From positions 616 to 64,615 of the forward strand of contig NZ_DALZMB010000008.1 in the NCBI RefSeq assembly GCF_032007265.1: a stretch of 64,000 nt of DNA, written 5' to 3'. The notes below the pieces were generated by a model, which was not told the origin of the DNA, did not search any database, and saw nothing but the letters and a program-made list of their open reading frames with translations. This DNA is from Paracoccus sp. (in: a-proteobacteria). Lineage in GTDB: Bacteria; Pseudomonadota; Alphaproteobacteria; Rhodobacterales; Rhodobacteraceae. A program made the translations under genes and the position numbers. Within the stretch, counting starts at the first letter, position 1. Each line of letters opens with the position of its first letter. Below, piece by piece: positions 36,840 to 47,129 of the stretch.

Positions 36840-39800
36840 ATGAGCGATTTCGAACAGAACTGGGAAGCCCAGGAAGAAGCCCGCCGCGCATGGATGGCCG
36901 AGAATTCCTTGTACCGCGCCGAGGATGAGCATTCCTCTTGCGGGGTCGGCCTAGTCGTGTCGATCAATGGCAAAGCCAGCCGTCAGGTCGTCGAAAACGG
37001 TATCAATGCACTGAAAGCGGTCTGGCATCGCGGTGCGGTTGATGCGGATGGAAAAACCGGCGACGGCGCGGGCATTCATGTGCAGATCCCGGTGCCCTTC
37101 TTTTACGATCAGGTGCGCCGCACCGGCCACCACCCTGATCCCGACAAGCTGATCGCGGTTGGCCAGATTTTCCTGCCGCGCACCGACTTTTCCGCGCAAG
37201 AGCGCTGCCGAACCATCGTGGAAACCGAGGTTCTGCGCATGGGCCATTACATCTATGGCTGGCGCCACGTCCCGGTGAACACTGCCGTTCTGGGCGAAAA
37301 GGCCAATGCGACGCGCCCCGAAATCGAACAAATCCTGATCCGCAACGAAAAGGGCATGGATCAGGAAGCCTTTGAGCGCGACCTGTACATTATCCGCCGC
37401 CGGATCGAACGCGCGGCCGTCGCGTCGCAAATCGCGGGGCTTTATCTGTGTTCGCTGTCGTGCCGCTCGATCATCTATAAGGGCATGATGCTGGCCGAGC
37501 AGGTTGCGGAATTCTATCCCGACCTCAAGGACGAGCGCTTTGAATCGGCCTTTGCGATCTATCACCAGCGCTATTCCACCAATACTTTTCCGCAATGGTG
37601 GCTGGCGCAGCCCTTCCGCATGCTGGCCCATAATGGCGAGATCAACACCCTGAAGGGCAACCTTAACTGGCTGAAATCGCACGAAATCCGCATGGCCTCG
37701 AACGCCTTTGGCGCCATGGCCGAGGAAATCAAACCGATCGTACCCGCAGGCTCGTCGGATTCGGCGGCACTGGATGCGGTCTTTGAGGTGCTGGTGCGCT
37801 CGGGCCGTTCGGCGCCGATGACCAAGACCATGCTGGTCCCCGAGGCTTGGTCAAAGGCCACGACCGACATGCCAAAAGCATGGGCCGATATGTATGCCTA
37901 TTGCAACTCGGTCATGGAGCCGTGGGACGGCCCCGCCGCCCTGGCCATGACCGACGGACGCTGGGTTTGCGGCGGCCTGGACCGCAATGGCCTGCGGCCA
38001 ATGCGCTATGTCGTGACGCGCGACGGGCTGCTGATTGCGGGTTCGGAAATCGGCATGGTTCCGGTGGACGAGGCCAATTTGATCGAAAAAGGCGCACTTG
38101 GACCGGGTCAGATGATCGCGGTCGATATGGTGAATGCCAAATTGTACCATGACCGCGAAATCAAGGATCGCCTGGCAGGCAGCCAGCCCTTTGGCGACTG
38201 GGTCGAAAATGTGGTGCAGCCCTCGGATCTGATGGCGCAACTGCCAGAAGCCGCGCTGTTTAGCGGCGATGAGCTGCGTCGCCGCCAGATTGCCGCGGGC
38301 TTCACCACCGAGATCGTCGAGGGTATCCTTGCCCCCATGGCCGAGGACGGCAAGGAATCGCTGGCCTCGATGGGCGATGATACGCCGCCCGCCGTTCTGT
38401 CGCGCCAGCACCGCCCGCTGTCGCATTATTTCCGCCAAAACTTTAGTCAGGTGACCAACCCACCCATCGATTCCTTGCGCGAATCGCGGGTGATGAGCCT
38501 GCGCACGCGCTTTGGCAATCTTAAGAACATGCTGGACGAAAGCTCGTCGCAGACCGAGATCACCATGCTGGAAACGCCGTTTCTTGCGAATGGCGAATTC
38601 GAAGAGCTGACCCGGATGTTCGCGCATCAGGCCACCACCATCGATTGCACCTTCGCGGTGGATGGCAGTGCCGATGCTTTGGGCGATGCGCTGACCCGCA
38701 TCCGCAATGAGGCCGAAGATGCAGTTCGCTCGGGGGCGGGGCATATTATCCTGACCGATGAGAGCCAATCGGCACATCGCGCGGGCGTGCCGATCATTCT
38801 GGCAACCTCGGCCGTGCACAGCTGGCTGACCCGCAAGGGGCTGCGCACCTTCTGTTCGCTGAACGTGCGGTCGTCGGAATGTATCGACCCCCATGATGTT
38901 GCCGTGCTGATCGGCTGCGGTGCAACCACGGTGAACCCATACCTGGCGCAGGACACGCTGGCCGACCGCATCCAACGCGGCCTGCTAGAAGGCAGTCTGG
39001 TCGATATCATGACCCGATACCGCGAAGCGGTGGACGGTGGTTTGCTCAAAATCATGGCCAAAATGGGGATTTCGGTCGTCTCGTCCTATCGCGGCGGCCT
39101 GAACTTCGAGGCAGTCGGCCTGTCACGCGCCATGGTCGCGGAATATTTCCCCGGCATGCACAGCCGGATTTCAGGGATCGGCCTGCATGGCCTGCAAGCC
39201 AAGCTGATCGAGGCTCATGCGCGCGGCTTTAACGCCGATCATGTCGAGCTGCTTCCGGTTGGCGGCTTTTACAAATCGCGCCGCTCGGGGGAAAAGCACG
39301 CCTGGGAAGCCAATACGATGAAGCTGCTGCAGATGGCCTGCGACAAAGCCAGCTATGACATCTGGAAGCAATTCACCGCCACAATGCGGGCCAACCCGCC
39401 AATCCATATCCGCGACCTGCTGGATATCAAATCGCTTGGCCGCCCGGTCCCGATCGAAGAGGTCGAATCGATCACCTCGATCCGCAAGCGCTTTGTGACG
39501 CCGGGCATGTCCCTGGGTGCCCTCTCGCCCGAGGCGCATATGACGCTGAATATCGCCATGAACCGCATCGGCGCGAAATCCGACAGTGGCGAGGGTGGCG
39601 AAGATCCCGCGCATTCCGTGCCGCTGCCGAATGGCGACAACCCCTGCGCCAAGATCAAACAGGTCGCCTCGGGCCGCTTCGGCGTCACGGCCGAATATCT
39701 AAATGCCTGCGAAGAGCTGGAGATCAAGGTCGCCCAAGGTGCCAAACCGGGTGAAGGCGGCCAGCTGCCGGGCATGAAAGTGACGGATCTGATCGCGCGC

Positions 39801-41387
39801 CTGCGCCATTCGACCAAGGGCGTCACGCTGATCTCGCCCCCGCCGCATCACGACATCTATTCGATCGAAGATCTGGCGCAGCTGATCTACGACCTCAAGC
39901 AGATCAACCCGCGTGCCAAGATCACGGTCAAGCTGGTGGCATCCTCGGGCGTCGGCACGATCGCCGCGGGCGTGGCCAAGGCAAAAGCCGACATCATCCT
40001 GATCTCGGGGCATAACGGCGGCACTGGCGCCTCGCCCGCGACCTCGATCAAATTCGCGGGCCTGCCTTGGGAAATGGGCCTGACCGAGGCGCATCAGGTT
40101 CTGGCGATGAACAAACTGCGCGAGCGGGTGACCTTGCGCACCGATGGAGGGCTTCGCACGGGCCGTGACATCGTCATGGCCGCGATGATGGGCGCCGAGG
40201 AATACGGCATCGGCACCGCCGCGCTGATCGCGATGGGCTGCATCATGGTGCGTCAATGCCAGTCGAACACCTGCCCGGTCGGCGTCTGTACCCAGGACGA
40301 AAAGCTGCGCGCGATGTTCACCGGCAGCGCTGACAAGGTCGTGAACCTGATCACCTTCTATGCCACCGAGGTGCGCGAGATTCTGGCCAGTATCGGTGCC
40401 CGATCGCTGGATGAAATCATCGGTCGCGCCGATCTGCTGACCCAGGTCAGCCGAGGCGACAAGGGGCTGGATGATCTTGACCTGAACCCGCTGCTGATCA
40501 CGGTCGATGGTGCTGACAAGATCGTCTACGACCGCTCCAAGCCGCGAAATGCCGTGCCCGATACGCTGGATGCCGAAATCATCCGCGACGCCGAGCGGTT
40601 TTTCAGCGAGGGCGAGAAAATGCAGCTGAGCTATGCCGTTCGCAATACGTTGCGCACGGTCGGCACGCGGACCTCATCGATGATCGTCCAGAAATTCGGC
40701 ATGAAGAACAAGCTTCAGCGCGACCACCTGACGATCCGCCTGACCGGTTCTGCGGGCCAGTCGCTTGGCGCCTTTGCAGCCCCCGGCCTCAAGATCGAAG
40801 TCTCAGGCGATGCCAATGATTATGTTGGCAAGGGCCTTTCGGGCGGCACGATCGTTGTGCGTCCGCAAATGGGCAGCCCGCTGGTCGCAGCCGATAATAC
40901 CATCATCGGCAATACCGTGCTTTACGGCGCGACCGATGGCTATCTGTTCGCCGCAGGCCGCGCGGGCGAGCGTTTCGGCGTGCGCAACTCGGGCGCCAAG
41001 GTGGTGATCGAGGGCTGCGGAACGAACGGTTGCGAATATATGACCGGCGGCGTCGCGGTGATTCTGGGTCGGATCGGCGCAAACTTTGGTGCCGGGATGA
41101 CGGGGGGCATGGCCTATCTCTATGATCCCCAAGCCGTTGCACCCCAATATATCAACGCCGAGTCGCTGGTCCTATGTGCTGTGACCCAACCGCATTGGGA
41201 GGCCGAGCTGAAAGGCCTGCTCGAGCAGCATTTGAAAGAAACGGGTTCGCAGCGCGCCTGCGAGATCTTGCAAAATTGGGAACAAGAACGCGCCCATTTC
41301 CTGCAGATCTGCCCGCGCGAAATGCTGCCCCACCTCAAGCATCCGATCGCCCCGGTCGATGATGTAACCGCAGTTCCTGCCGAGTAA
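36840..41387 (+). CDS. gltB: Glutamate synthase (NADPH) large subunit
   Basis: Ntn-amidotransferase Cys (EHSSCGVGLV), central, FMN and GXGXG domains along the full length. ATG 36840 with a GAGGGA SD (the track ORF starts at an upstream TTG, 36822). Confidence 0.97.
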   Translation: MSDFEQNWEAQEEARRAWMAENSLYRAEDEHSSCGVGLVVSINGKASRQVVENGINALKAVWHRGAVDADGKTGDGAGIHVQIPVPFFYDQVRRTGHHPDPDKLIAVGQIFLPRTDFSAQERCRTIVETEVLRMGHYIYGWRHVPVNTAVLGEKANATRPEIEQILIRNEKGMDQEAFERDLYIIRRRIERAAVASQIAGLYLCSLSCRSIIYKGMMLAEQVAEFYPDLKDERFESAFAIYHQRYSTNTFPQWWLAQPFRMLAHNGEINTLKGNLNWLKSHEIRMASNAFGAMAEEIKPIVPAGSSDSAALDAVFEVLVRSGRSAPMTKTMLVPEAWSKATTDMPKAWADMYAYCNSVMEPWDGPAALAMTDGRWVCGGLDRNGLRPMRYVVTRDGLLIAGSEIGMVPVDEANLIEKGALGPGQMIAVDMVNAKLYHDREIKDRLAGSQPFGDWVENVVQPSDLMAQLPEAALFSGDELRRRQIAAGFTTEIVEGILAPMAEDGKESLASMGDDTPPAVLSRQHRPLSHYFRQNFSQVTNPPIDSLRESRVMSLRTRFGNLKNMLDESSSQTEITMLETPFLANGEFEELTRMFAHQATTIDCTFAVDGSADALGDALTRIRNEAEDAVRSGAGHIILTDESQSAHRAGVPIILATSAVHSWLTRKGLRTFCSLNVRSSECIDPHDVAVLIGCGATTVNPYLAQDTLADRIQRGLLEGSLVDIMTRYREAVDGGLLKIMAKMGISVVSSYRGGLNFEAVGLSRAMVAEYFPGMHSRISGIGLHGLQAKLIEAHARGFNADHVELLPVGGFYKSRRSGEKHAWEANTMKLLQMACDKASYDIWKQFTATMRANPPIHIRDLLDIKSLGRPVPIEEVESITSIRKRFVTPGMSLGALSPEAHMTLNIAMNRIGAKSDSGEGGEDPAHSVPLPNGDNPCAKIKQVASGRFGVTAEYLNACEELEIKVAQGAKPGEGGQLPGMKVTDLIARLRHSTKGVTLISPPPHHDIYSIEDLAQLIYDLKQINPRAKITVKLVASSGVGTIAAGVAKAKADIILISGHNGGTGASPATSIKFAGLPWEMGLTEAHQVLAMNKLRERVTLRTDGGLRTGRDIVMAAMMGAEEYGIGTAALIAMGCIMVRQCQSNTCPVGVCTQDEKLRAMFTGSADKVVNLITFYATEVREILASIGARSLDEIIGRADLLTQVSRGDKGLDDLDLNPLLITVDGADKIVYDRSKPRNAVPDTLDAEIIRDAERFFSEGEKMQLSYAVRNTLRTVGTRTSSMIVQKFGMKNKLQRDHLTIRLTGSAGQSLGAFAAPGLKIEVSGDANDYVGKGLSGGTIVVRPQMGSPLVAADNTIIGNTVLYGATDGYLFAAGRAGERFGVRNSGAKVVIEGCGTNGCEYMTGGVAVILGRIGANFGAGMTGGMAYLYDPQAVAPQYINAESLVLCAVTQPHWEAELKGLLEQHLKETGSQRACEILQNWEQERAHFLQICPREMLPHLKHPIAPVDDVTAVPAE

Positions 41388-41406
41388 TCCGGCCTGACAA
41401 AGCATC

Positions 41407-41434
41407 AAAGGGCGGCCATGTGCCGCCCTTTTTC
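41407..41434 (+). terminator. Rho-independent terminator after gltB
   Basis: AAAGGGCGGC-CATGT-GCCGCCCTTTTT, about 20 nt after the stop. Confidence 0.8.
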
Positions 41435-41594
41435 GTCTGCATGACATGCGACGGGCAGCCCCCAATCCTGTTTTGGATCAAGGACAGCACAGCTCTTTGG
41501 TGACAAATTCGCTTGGTGGCCACTCTGCCCCCTTGGAACAGGCAGGGCCGCAAGCGCGTTAGCGCTGCAATATGCATATGCAAAGGATTGAACC

Positions 41595-42149
41595 ATGTCA
41601 GACCTGATCGTCGTTGCCTTTGAGGATGAAGCCACCGGATTCGAGCTGCGCGCCGAGCTGGTAAAGATGCAAAAGGAATATCTTCTTGAGCTAGAAGACG
41701 TGGTCGTTGCCACTCGCAGTGCAGAAAATGACATCAAACTGCATCAGGCCATGAACATGACCGCAGCCGGCGCATTGGGTGGTGGTTTCTGGGGCACCCT
41801 CGTCGGGCTTTTGTTTCTGAACCCGCTGATTGGCGCTGCGGTGGGCGCAGCTTCCGGCGCCTTGGCTGGCCGTTTCACCGATATCGGCATCAATGATGAT
41901 TTCATGCGCGATGTCAGCCATGCAATCGTTCCGGGCGGCTCGGCCGTATTTATTTTGGTGCGCAAGATGACGGCCGACAAAGTGCTGGCCCGCCTCGATG
42001 CCTTCCACAAGCGCGGCCGGGTGCTGCAAACCTCGCTATCGGACAGCGACGAGGCCCGCCTGCGCGAGGCCTTTGCCGGTGGCAATCTGGCTGAAACCGT
42101 ACAGTCAGCCCCTCAGGAACCCAGCACCCCCAGCACCACCGCTGGCTGA
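41595..42149 (+). CDS. DUF1269-domain membrane protein
   Basis: Pattern MSDLIVVAFEDE..., a Gly-zipper segment (GALGGGFWGTLVGLLF...GAAVGAASGALAG) and a C-terminal repeat of the first domain. This is typical of DUF1269 as I recall it. Confidence 0.75.
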   Translation: MSDLIVVAFEDEATGFELRAELVKMQKEYLLELEDVVVATRSAENDIKLHQAMNMTAAGALGGGFWGTLVGLLFLNPLIGAAVGAASGALAGRFTDIGINDDFMRDVSHAIVPGGSAVFILVRKMTADKVLARLDAFHKRGRVLQTSLSDSDEARLREAFAGGNLAETVQSAPQEPSTPSTTAG

Positions 42150-42223
42150 TAACTTCGGTTTTTCTGACCCAAAGGCCAGACAAGACTTGACGTAAGCGGC
42201 ATGGGCATGACACGAGCCATCCC

Positions 42224-42949
42224 ATGCCGCGACGCCCCGAAATCCTGGACCTCGACGATAGCTCTCCCCGACAGAACTGGCTGCGAGGGGCCTTTTTTTG
42301 GCTCTGTGGCTGGTTGCGCTGGCTTGGGCTGCGCTTTCTGGCGCTGATGGTCGTGCTGGTGTTGATCTTTTCCTTCATCAACCCGCCAACGACCTGGACC
42401 ATCCTCAGCGAAAGCCGGACCTACCCCGGGACCCCGCATGAATGGACCCCGCTCAGAGAGATCTCCCCTGCCATGATTCGCGCCACCGTCGCTGCCGAAG
42501 ACGCCAATTTCTGCAGCCATTGGGGCTTTGACATGCACGAGATCCGCAAGGTGGTTGCTGCGGGCTCATCGCGCGGCGCCTCGACGCTTAGCCAGCAAAC
42601 GGCCAAGAATGTCTTTCTCTGGCAGGGTCGCAGCTGGCCACGCAAAGTGCTTGAAACCGCCTATACCCCGATGATCGAGGCGCTCTGGTCCAAACGCCGC
42701 ATCATCGAGGTCTATCTCAATGTCGCGGAATTCGGACCGGGCATCTTTGGCATCCACGCCGCCGCCAAGCGCTATTACAAAACCACCCCCGACAAGCTCA
42801 CGGCGCGCCAGTCTGCGGCCCTTGCCGCCATCCTGCCCTCGCCCAAGACCCGCAAGCCCGAGCCCGGCTCACGGCGCGCCCGCGCGATCCAGGATGGAGC
42901 GGCCACAATCGCCCGCGACGGTCGCGACAGCTGCCTCAGGCTCGATTGA
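42224..42949 (+). CDS. mtgA: Monofunctional peptidoglycan glycosyltransferase
   Basis: GT51 motifs RATVAAEDANF, GASTLSQQTAKN and RKVLE. One N-terminal TM segment. Confidence 0.9.
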   Translation: MPRRPEILDLDDSSPRQNWLRGAFFWLCGWLRWLGLRFLALMVVLVLIFSFINPPTTWTILSESRTYPGTPHEWTPLREISPAMIRATVAAEDANFCSHWGFDMHEIRKVVAAGSSRGASTLSQQTAKNVFLWQGRSWPRKVLETAYTPMIEALWSKRRIIEVYLNVAEFGPGIFGIHAAAKRYYKTTPDKLTARQSAALAAILPSPKTRKPEPGSRRARAIQDGAATIARDGRDSCLRLD

Positions 42950-43055
42950 CGTCTTTCATGCCCAAATATCCCCGCCGGAGGCCGCACAGAGTTGAAACGC
43001 GCGCCTGCGCGTCGTATCACCCCAGGCAAGCCAACAAGACCCGAGCCGTCCGCGT

Positions 43056-43745
43056 ATGAACACGCCTTCCCCCTCCTCGACCATCCGCCTCTATCACATC
43101 GCCCTGTCGCCTTTCTGCCGAAAGGTGCGCCTCGTGCTGGCCGAAAAGCGGATCGAGATCGAGCTGGTCGAAGACCGCTATTGGGAACCAGGTTCCGAAC
43201 TGCTGCGCCGTAACCCCGCAGGAAAATTGCCGGTCCTGCGCATGGATGGCCGCCTGATGGCCGAAAGCCAGGCAATCTGCGAATATCTGGACGAGATCAT
43301 GCCGACGCCGTCCCTGATGCCCAGCTCGCCCATTGACCGCTACGAGGTTCGTCGCCTTTGCGCTTGGTTTGACGATAAGTTCAACACCGAAGCCACCCAG
43401 CCGGTCATGTATGAGCGCGTCTGGAAAAAGGTCATGAAAGCCGGTTATCCCGATTCCCGCGCGGTCAAATCGGGCCTCAAGGCGATCAAGGACCATATGG
43501 ACTACATGACCAGCCTGCTGGAAACCCGGCGCTGGCTTGCGGGCAATACGATGTCTTTGGCCGATTTCACGGCCGCGGCGCATTTCTCTTGCCTCGATTA
43601 CATCTCGGACATCGACTGGGACCGCTCTGCCGCCCTGCAGGAATGGTATGCGACGATCAAGTCGCGCCCGGCCTTCCGCAGCCTTCTGGCCGATCATCTG
43701 CCCGGCGTGCCGCCTGCGCCGCATTATGCCGAACTCGACTTCTGA
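43056..43745 (+). CDS. Glutathione S-transferase family protein
   Basis: Thioredoxin-like N-domain ([22 protein letters not shown]) plus an alpha-helical C-domain. Confidence 0.85.
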   Translation: MNTPSPSSTIRLYHIALSPFCRKVRLVLAEKRIEIELVEDRYWEPGSELLRRNPAGKLPVLRMDGRLMAESQAICEYLDEIMPTPSLMPSSPIDRYEVRRLCAWFDDKFNTEATQPVMYERVWKKVMKAGYPDSRAVKSGLKAIKDHMDYMTSLLETRRWLAGNTMSLADFTAAAHFSCLDYISDIDWDRSAALQEWYATIKSRPAFRSLLADHLPGVPPAPHYAELDF

Positions 43746-44772
43746 TCCCGCAGCCCTCAAGGCGCGGCTGACCCAGACCGCGCTGGCCGAGGGTTTTTCC
43801 GATATGGGCATCTGCCGCCCCGACGCGGTTCCCGCCCTGCCCGAGCGGCTTGAGCACTTCCTCAAGGAAGAACGCCACGGCCAGATGGAGTGGATGGCCG
43901 AGCGCAGCCATTGGCGCGCCAATCCCGCCGCCCTTTGGCCCGAGGCAAGATCTGTGATCATGCTGGCCGAACTTTATACGCCCGTTCACGATCCCATGGC
44001 GGTCACGCAGATCCCCGACAAAGGCGCGATCAGCGTCTATGCTCAGGGCAAGGACTACCATGATCTTGTGAAGAAACGCTTAAAGCGGGTTGGTCGCTGG
44101 CTGCTGGACCAGGCCCCGGGCGAGGCGATCAAGGTTTTCGTCGACACCGCCCCCGTCATGGAAAAGCCGCTGGCGCAGGCGGCGGGGCTTGGCTGGCAGG
44201 GCAAACACACCAATCTGCTTTCACGTCGTCTGGGCAGCTGGTTCTTTCTCGGCTCGATCTTTACCACCATCGAGCTGCCCATTGACGCCGCCGAGGTCAG
44301 CCATTGCGGCAACTGCCGCGCCTGCCTTGACGCCTGCCCAACCAATGCCTTTCCCAGCCCCTATCAGCTGGATGCCCGGCGCTGCATCTCTTACCTGACG
44401 ATCGAGCATAAAGGCCCAGTCGACCCGGCTTTGCGCCCCCTGCTGGGCAATCGAATCTATGGCTGCGACGATTGTCTGGCCGCATGCCCCTGGAATAAAT
44501 TCGCCCAAGAGGCCAGCGAGCTGCGTTATCTTGGCCCCCATCGCGCGCCGGATCTGGCCGATCTGGCAAGTCTGGATGACGCCACCTTTCGCGAGCGATT
44601 TTCCGGCAGCCCGATCAAACGGATCGGACGGAACCGACTTGTCAGAAACGTGCTTTATGCCATCGGCAATTCAGGTCGCGCCGAATTGCGCGACGATGCC
44701 GCAAGGCTTATCACAGATGAGGACCCTTCGGTTGCGGATGCAGCCCGTTGGGCTTTGGACCGCTTGAAATGA
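43726..44772 (+). CDS. queG: Epoxyqueuosine reductase
   Basis: Ferredoxin-type clusters [16 protein letters not shown] and [11 protein letters not shown], plus C-terminal HEAT-like repeats. Trimmed to ATG 43726, which overlaps the GST 3' end by 20 nt. Confidence 0.9.
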   Translation: MPNSTSDPAALKARLTQTALAEGFSDMGICRPDAVPALPERLEHFLKEERHGQMEWMAERSHWRANPAALWPEARSVIMLAELYTPVHDPMAVTQIPDKGAISVYAQGKDYHDLVKKRLKRVGRWLLDQAPGEAIKVFVDTAPVMEKPLAQAAGLGWQGKHTNLLSRRLGSWFFLGSIFTTIELPIDAAEVSHCGNCRACLDACPTNAFPSPYQLDARRCISYLTIEHKGPVDPALRPLLGNRIYGCDDCLAACPWNKFAQEASELRYLGPHRAPDLADLASLDDATFRERFSGSPIKRIGRNRLVRNVLYAIGNSGRAELRDDAARLITDEDPSVADAARWALDRLK

Positions 44773-45689
44773 ACCCAGGCACCGGCATCCTTTTAAAGCT
44801 GTGCAGCGTCGTGGTCTTTACGATCATGGCAGCGCTGATCAAATTGACGGCCGACGTCACGCCCCCCGGCGAGCAGGTGTTTTTCCGTTCTTTCTTTGCC
44901 ATTCCCGTGATCCTGATCTGGCTGCTTTGGCGCCACGAGGTCAGCACGGGCCTGCGCACCCAACGACCGATCAAGCATTTCTATCGCGGCTTCATCGGCA
45001 CCACGGCCATGGGGCTGAACTTCGCGGCGCTTGGCCTTTTGCCCTTCCCCGAGGTCACTGCCCTTGGCTATGCCGCCCCTTTGTTGACGGTCATCTTTGC
45101 CGCGATGTTTCTGGGCGAAGATGTACGCGCCTTTCGCCTGATCGCCGTGCTGACCGGGCTGATCGGCGTGGTCATCGTCCTGTTGCCGCGCTTCAGTGCC
45201 AGCGCCGAGGCGCTGAGCACCGCCCAGACGCTTGGCGCGGTATTGGCCCTAAGCGGGGCGGCCTGTAGCGCGCTGGCACAGATTTTCGTGCGCAAACTGG
45301 TGATGGAAGAGCGCACCTCGGTCATCGTCTTTTGGTTCTCGGTCACATCGGCGCTGCTGTCGCTGACCACCCTGCCTTTTGGCTGGATCATGCCGCAGGG
45401 CTGGACGCTGGTTTTGCTGATCACCACCGGGCTTTTGGGCGGGGTCGGGCAGATCCTTTTGACCTCATCTTACCGTTTCGCACCCGCCTCGGTGGTGGCA
45501 CCCTTTGAATATGCCTCGGTCATCCTGGCGCTATTGATCGGCTATGTGAATTTTGGCGAGGTTCCGACACTGACCATGCTGCTTGGCTCGGCCATTGTGG
45601 TCGCTGCCGGAATCGCAATCATTCTGCGCGAGCGACAGTTGGGCATTGAACGGACCCGCCAACGCAAGGCCATGACCCCACAGGGGTGA
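44769..45689 (+). CDS. DMT-superfamily (EamA) transporter
   Basis: About ten predicted TM helices in two EamA repeats. ATG 44769 overlaps the queG stop (ATGA). Confidence 0.85.
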   Translation: MNPGTGILLKLCSVVVFTIMAALIKLTADVTPPGEQVFFRSFFAIPVILIWLLWRHEVSTGLRTQRPIKHFYRGFIGTTAMGLNFAALGLLPFPEVTALGYAAPLLTVIFAAMFLGEDVRAFRLIAVLTGLIGVVIVLLPRFSASAEALSTAQTLGAVLALSGAACSALAQIFVRKLVMEERTSVIVFWFSVTSALLSLTTLPFGWIMPQGWTLVLLITTGLLGGVGQILLTSSYRFAPASVVAPFEYASVILALLIGYVNFGEVPTLTMLLGSAIVVAAGIAIILRERQLGIERTRQRKAMTPQG

Positions 45690-45693
45690 ATGA

Positions 45694-45721
45694 TGCCTTT
45701 GGGCCCAAATGCCCAAAGGCA
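45694..45721. terminator. Hairpin between the convergent DMT and sulfotransferase genes
   Basis: Perfect 11-bp stem TGCCTTTGGGC / GCCCAAAGGCA with a 6-nt loop. No clear U-tract. Confidence 0.45.
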
Positions 45722-45740
45722 GATCACCGGCTCACGCGCT

Positions 45741-47129
45741 TCACGTGAATCCGAAGGCCATGAAATCGCGCGCATAGACCTGACGCACGATCTTGGCCAA
45801 CCCCTCATCAGCCAAAAATTCCGGCATAACCTCGGCGGGACATTCGGGCACGGTGCCCAGACCGGCATCCGCCGCCAGCCAGCCCAGCCCGGTGTTCAGC
45901 CTGTCCTCGCGCAAGACGAAATCCGGGCTGACGAAATTGCCCATTCCTGCCAGCACATCCACCTGCGAGGCCCAGTATTGCTGGACCGGAAAGCTGGTCT
46001 GACCGTTCAGGTTGCGGCGTAAAAAGCCAAGGAAGGCTTCGAAACATTGCAGCAAAAGCGCCTGATCCATCTCGGCCAATGCGTCTTCGGCGGGCAAGGG
46101 CACACGATGGATGTCACGCAAGATCTGGCGCAGCTTTCCACGATTGCCCTCAATAACCTCGGTGAAAACCGCCCAGGCGCGATGCAGAGGGTGGCGCAGA
46201 ACCGTAAAGCTGCGGTGACCGGGATGGGCGATTTTCCATTTGCGCAAGGGCTGATGGGCAAAGTCACGCGATAGCGCGCCGCGCGCGGCAAGCCAGTCGG
46301 TGACTGTTCGCGTCGGGCCGCTGGACATCGGCAGATAAAGCACACCCGCCCCCGCCTCGCAGGCGATGACATTGCCAAGATTGGCGCCGCGCCGGGGCTC
46401 GAAATTGGGGACCTCATGTAGGGCAAAGGGGTCCATCCGGGCCAGATCGCGCTGCATCTGCGCAAAGTTGGTGACTTTTTCCGACAAGGCTCTCGGATTT
46501 TGCGGCACCTGATCCTTGGCCAGTTCGACCTTCTCCAGATCAGTGCGCCCCAACCAGTGCAGCAGGCCCGTCATAACCCCAGTATCGCGCAGATCGCTGT
46601 AGCCCAGCCAGAAAGCCGTCTGACCGGTGCGCTGCAAGCCGCTTTGGATTTTCTGCTGAAACTCGCTGATCTTGCCGTGAACACGGGTGAATTCTGCGCG
46701 ATCAAAGTGGATTGCGGCCGGAATTGGGGTTTCGGTCTCGTTCAGCTTCCACTGATTGGTCGTACGCGCCAGCTCGGTCGAGACATAGCTATCCAGCACA
46801 TTGCGAGAAAGAATGATTTTCGCGCATTCGCGATCTTGCATGATCAAATCGAAAACCCGCGGATCGTGATCGTGGAAATAACGAAAACCCGGCAGGTGAT
46901 CAGGGATCGCAAAAAGCGCATCCAGCAAGCGCTTGGGGTTCTCGTCACGCTCGGCCTGGGTGACACCGCGCAGCTCGGTCTTGTCGGGCCAGCCCATCAT
47001 ATAGGGGTTAAAGGCCTCGCCAAAGCAGGTGACGCGACGGATGCCGTTCAGCGTCGCTTCCAGGAAGTTCGAGCCCGTACGCATTTCCGCGAAGATGACA
47101 AAGCGCTTGAAAGTCTGATTCTGTGTCAC
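45741..47129 (-). CDS. Fused double sulfotransferase (NodH/Stf-like N-domain plus sulfotransferase-family-2-like C-domain)
   Basis: N-half: a PAPS 5'-phosphosulfate loop-like FAEMRTGSNFLE and RNVLDSYVS, as in NodH-type enzymes. C-half: the SFTVLRHPLHRAWAVF signature typical of Sulfotransfer_2. The GTG start at 47129 overlaps the upstream stop (GTGA). Confidence 0.7.
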   Translation of the reverse strand: MTQNQTFKRFVIFAEMRTGSNFLEATLNGIRRVTCFGEAFNPYMMGWPDKTELRGVTQAERDENPKRLLDALFAIPDHLPGFRYFHDHDPRVFDLIMQDRECAKIILSRNVLDSYVSTELARTTNQWKLNETETPIPAAIHFDRAEFTRVHGKISEFQQKIQSGLQRTGQTAFWLGYSDLRDTGVMTGLLHWLGRTDLEKVELAKDQVPQNPRALSEKVTNFAQMQRDLARMDPFALHEVPNFEPRRGANLGNVIACEAGAGVLYLPMSSGPTRTVTDWLAARGALSRDFAHQPLRKWKIAHPGHRSFTVLRHPLHRAWAVFTEVIEGNRGKLRQILRDIHRVPLPAEDALAEMDQALLLQCFEAFLGFLRRNLNGQTSFPVQQYWASQVDVLAGMGNFVSPDFVLREDRLNTGLGWLAADAGLGTVPECPAEVMPEFLADEGLAKIVRQVYARDFMAFGFT

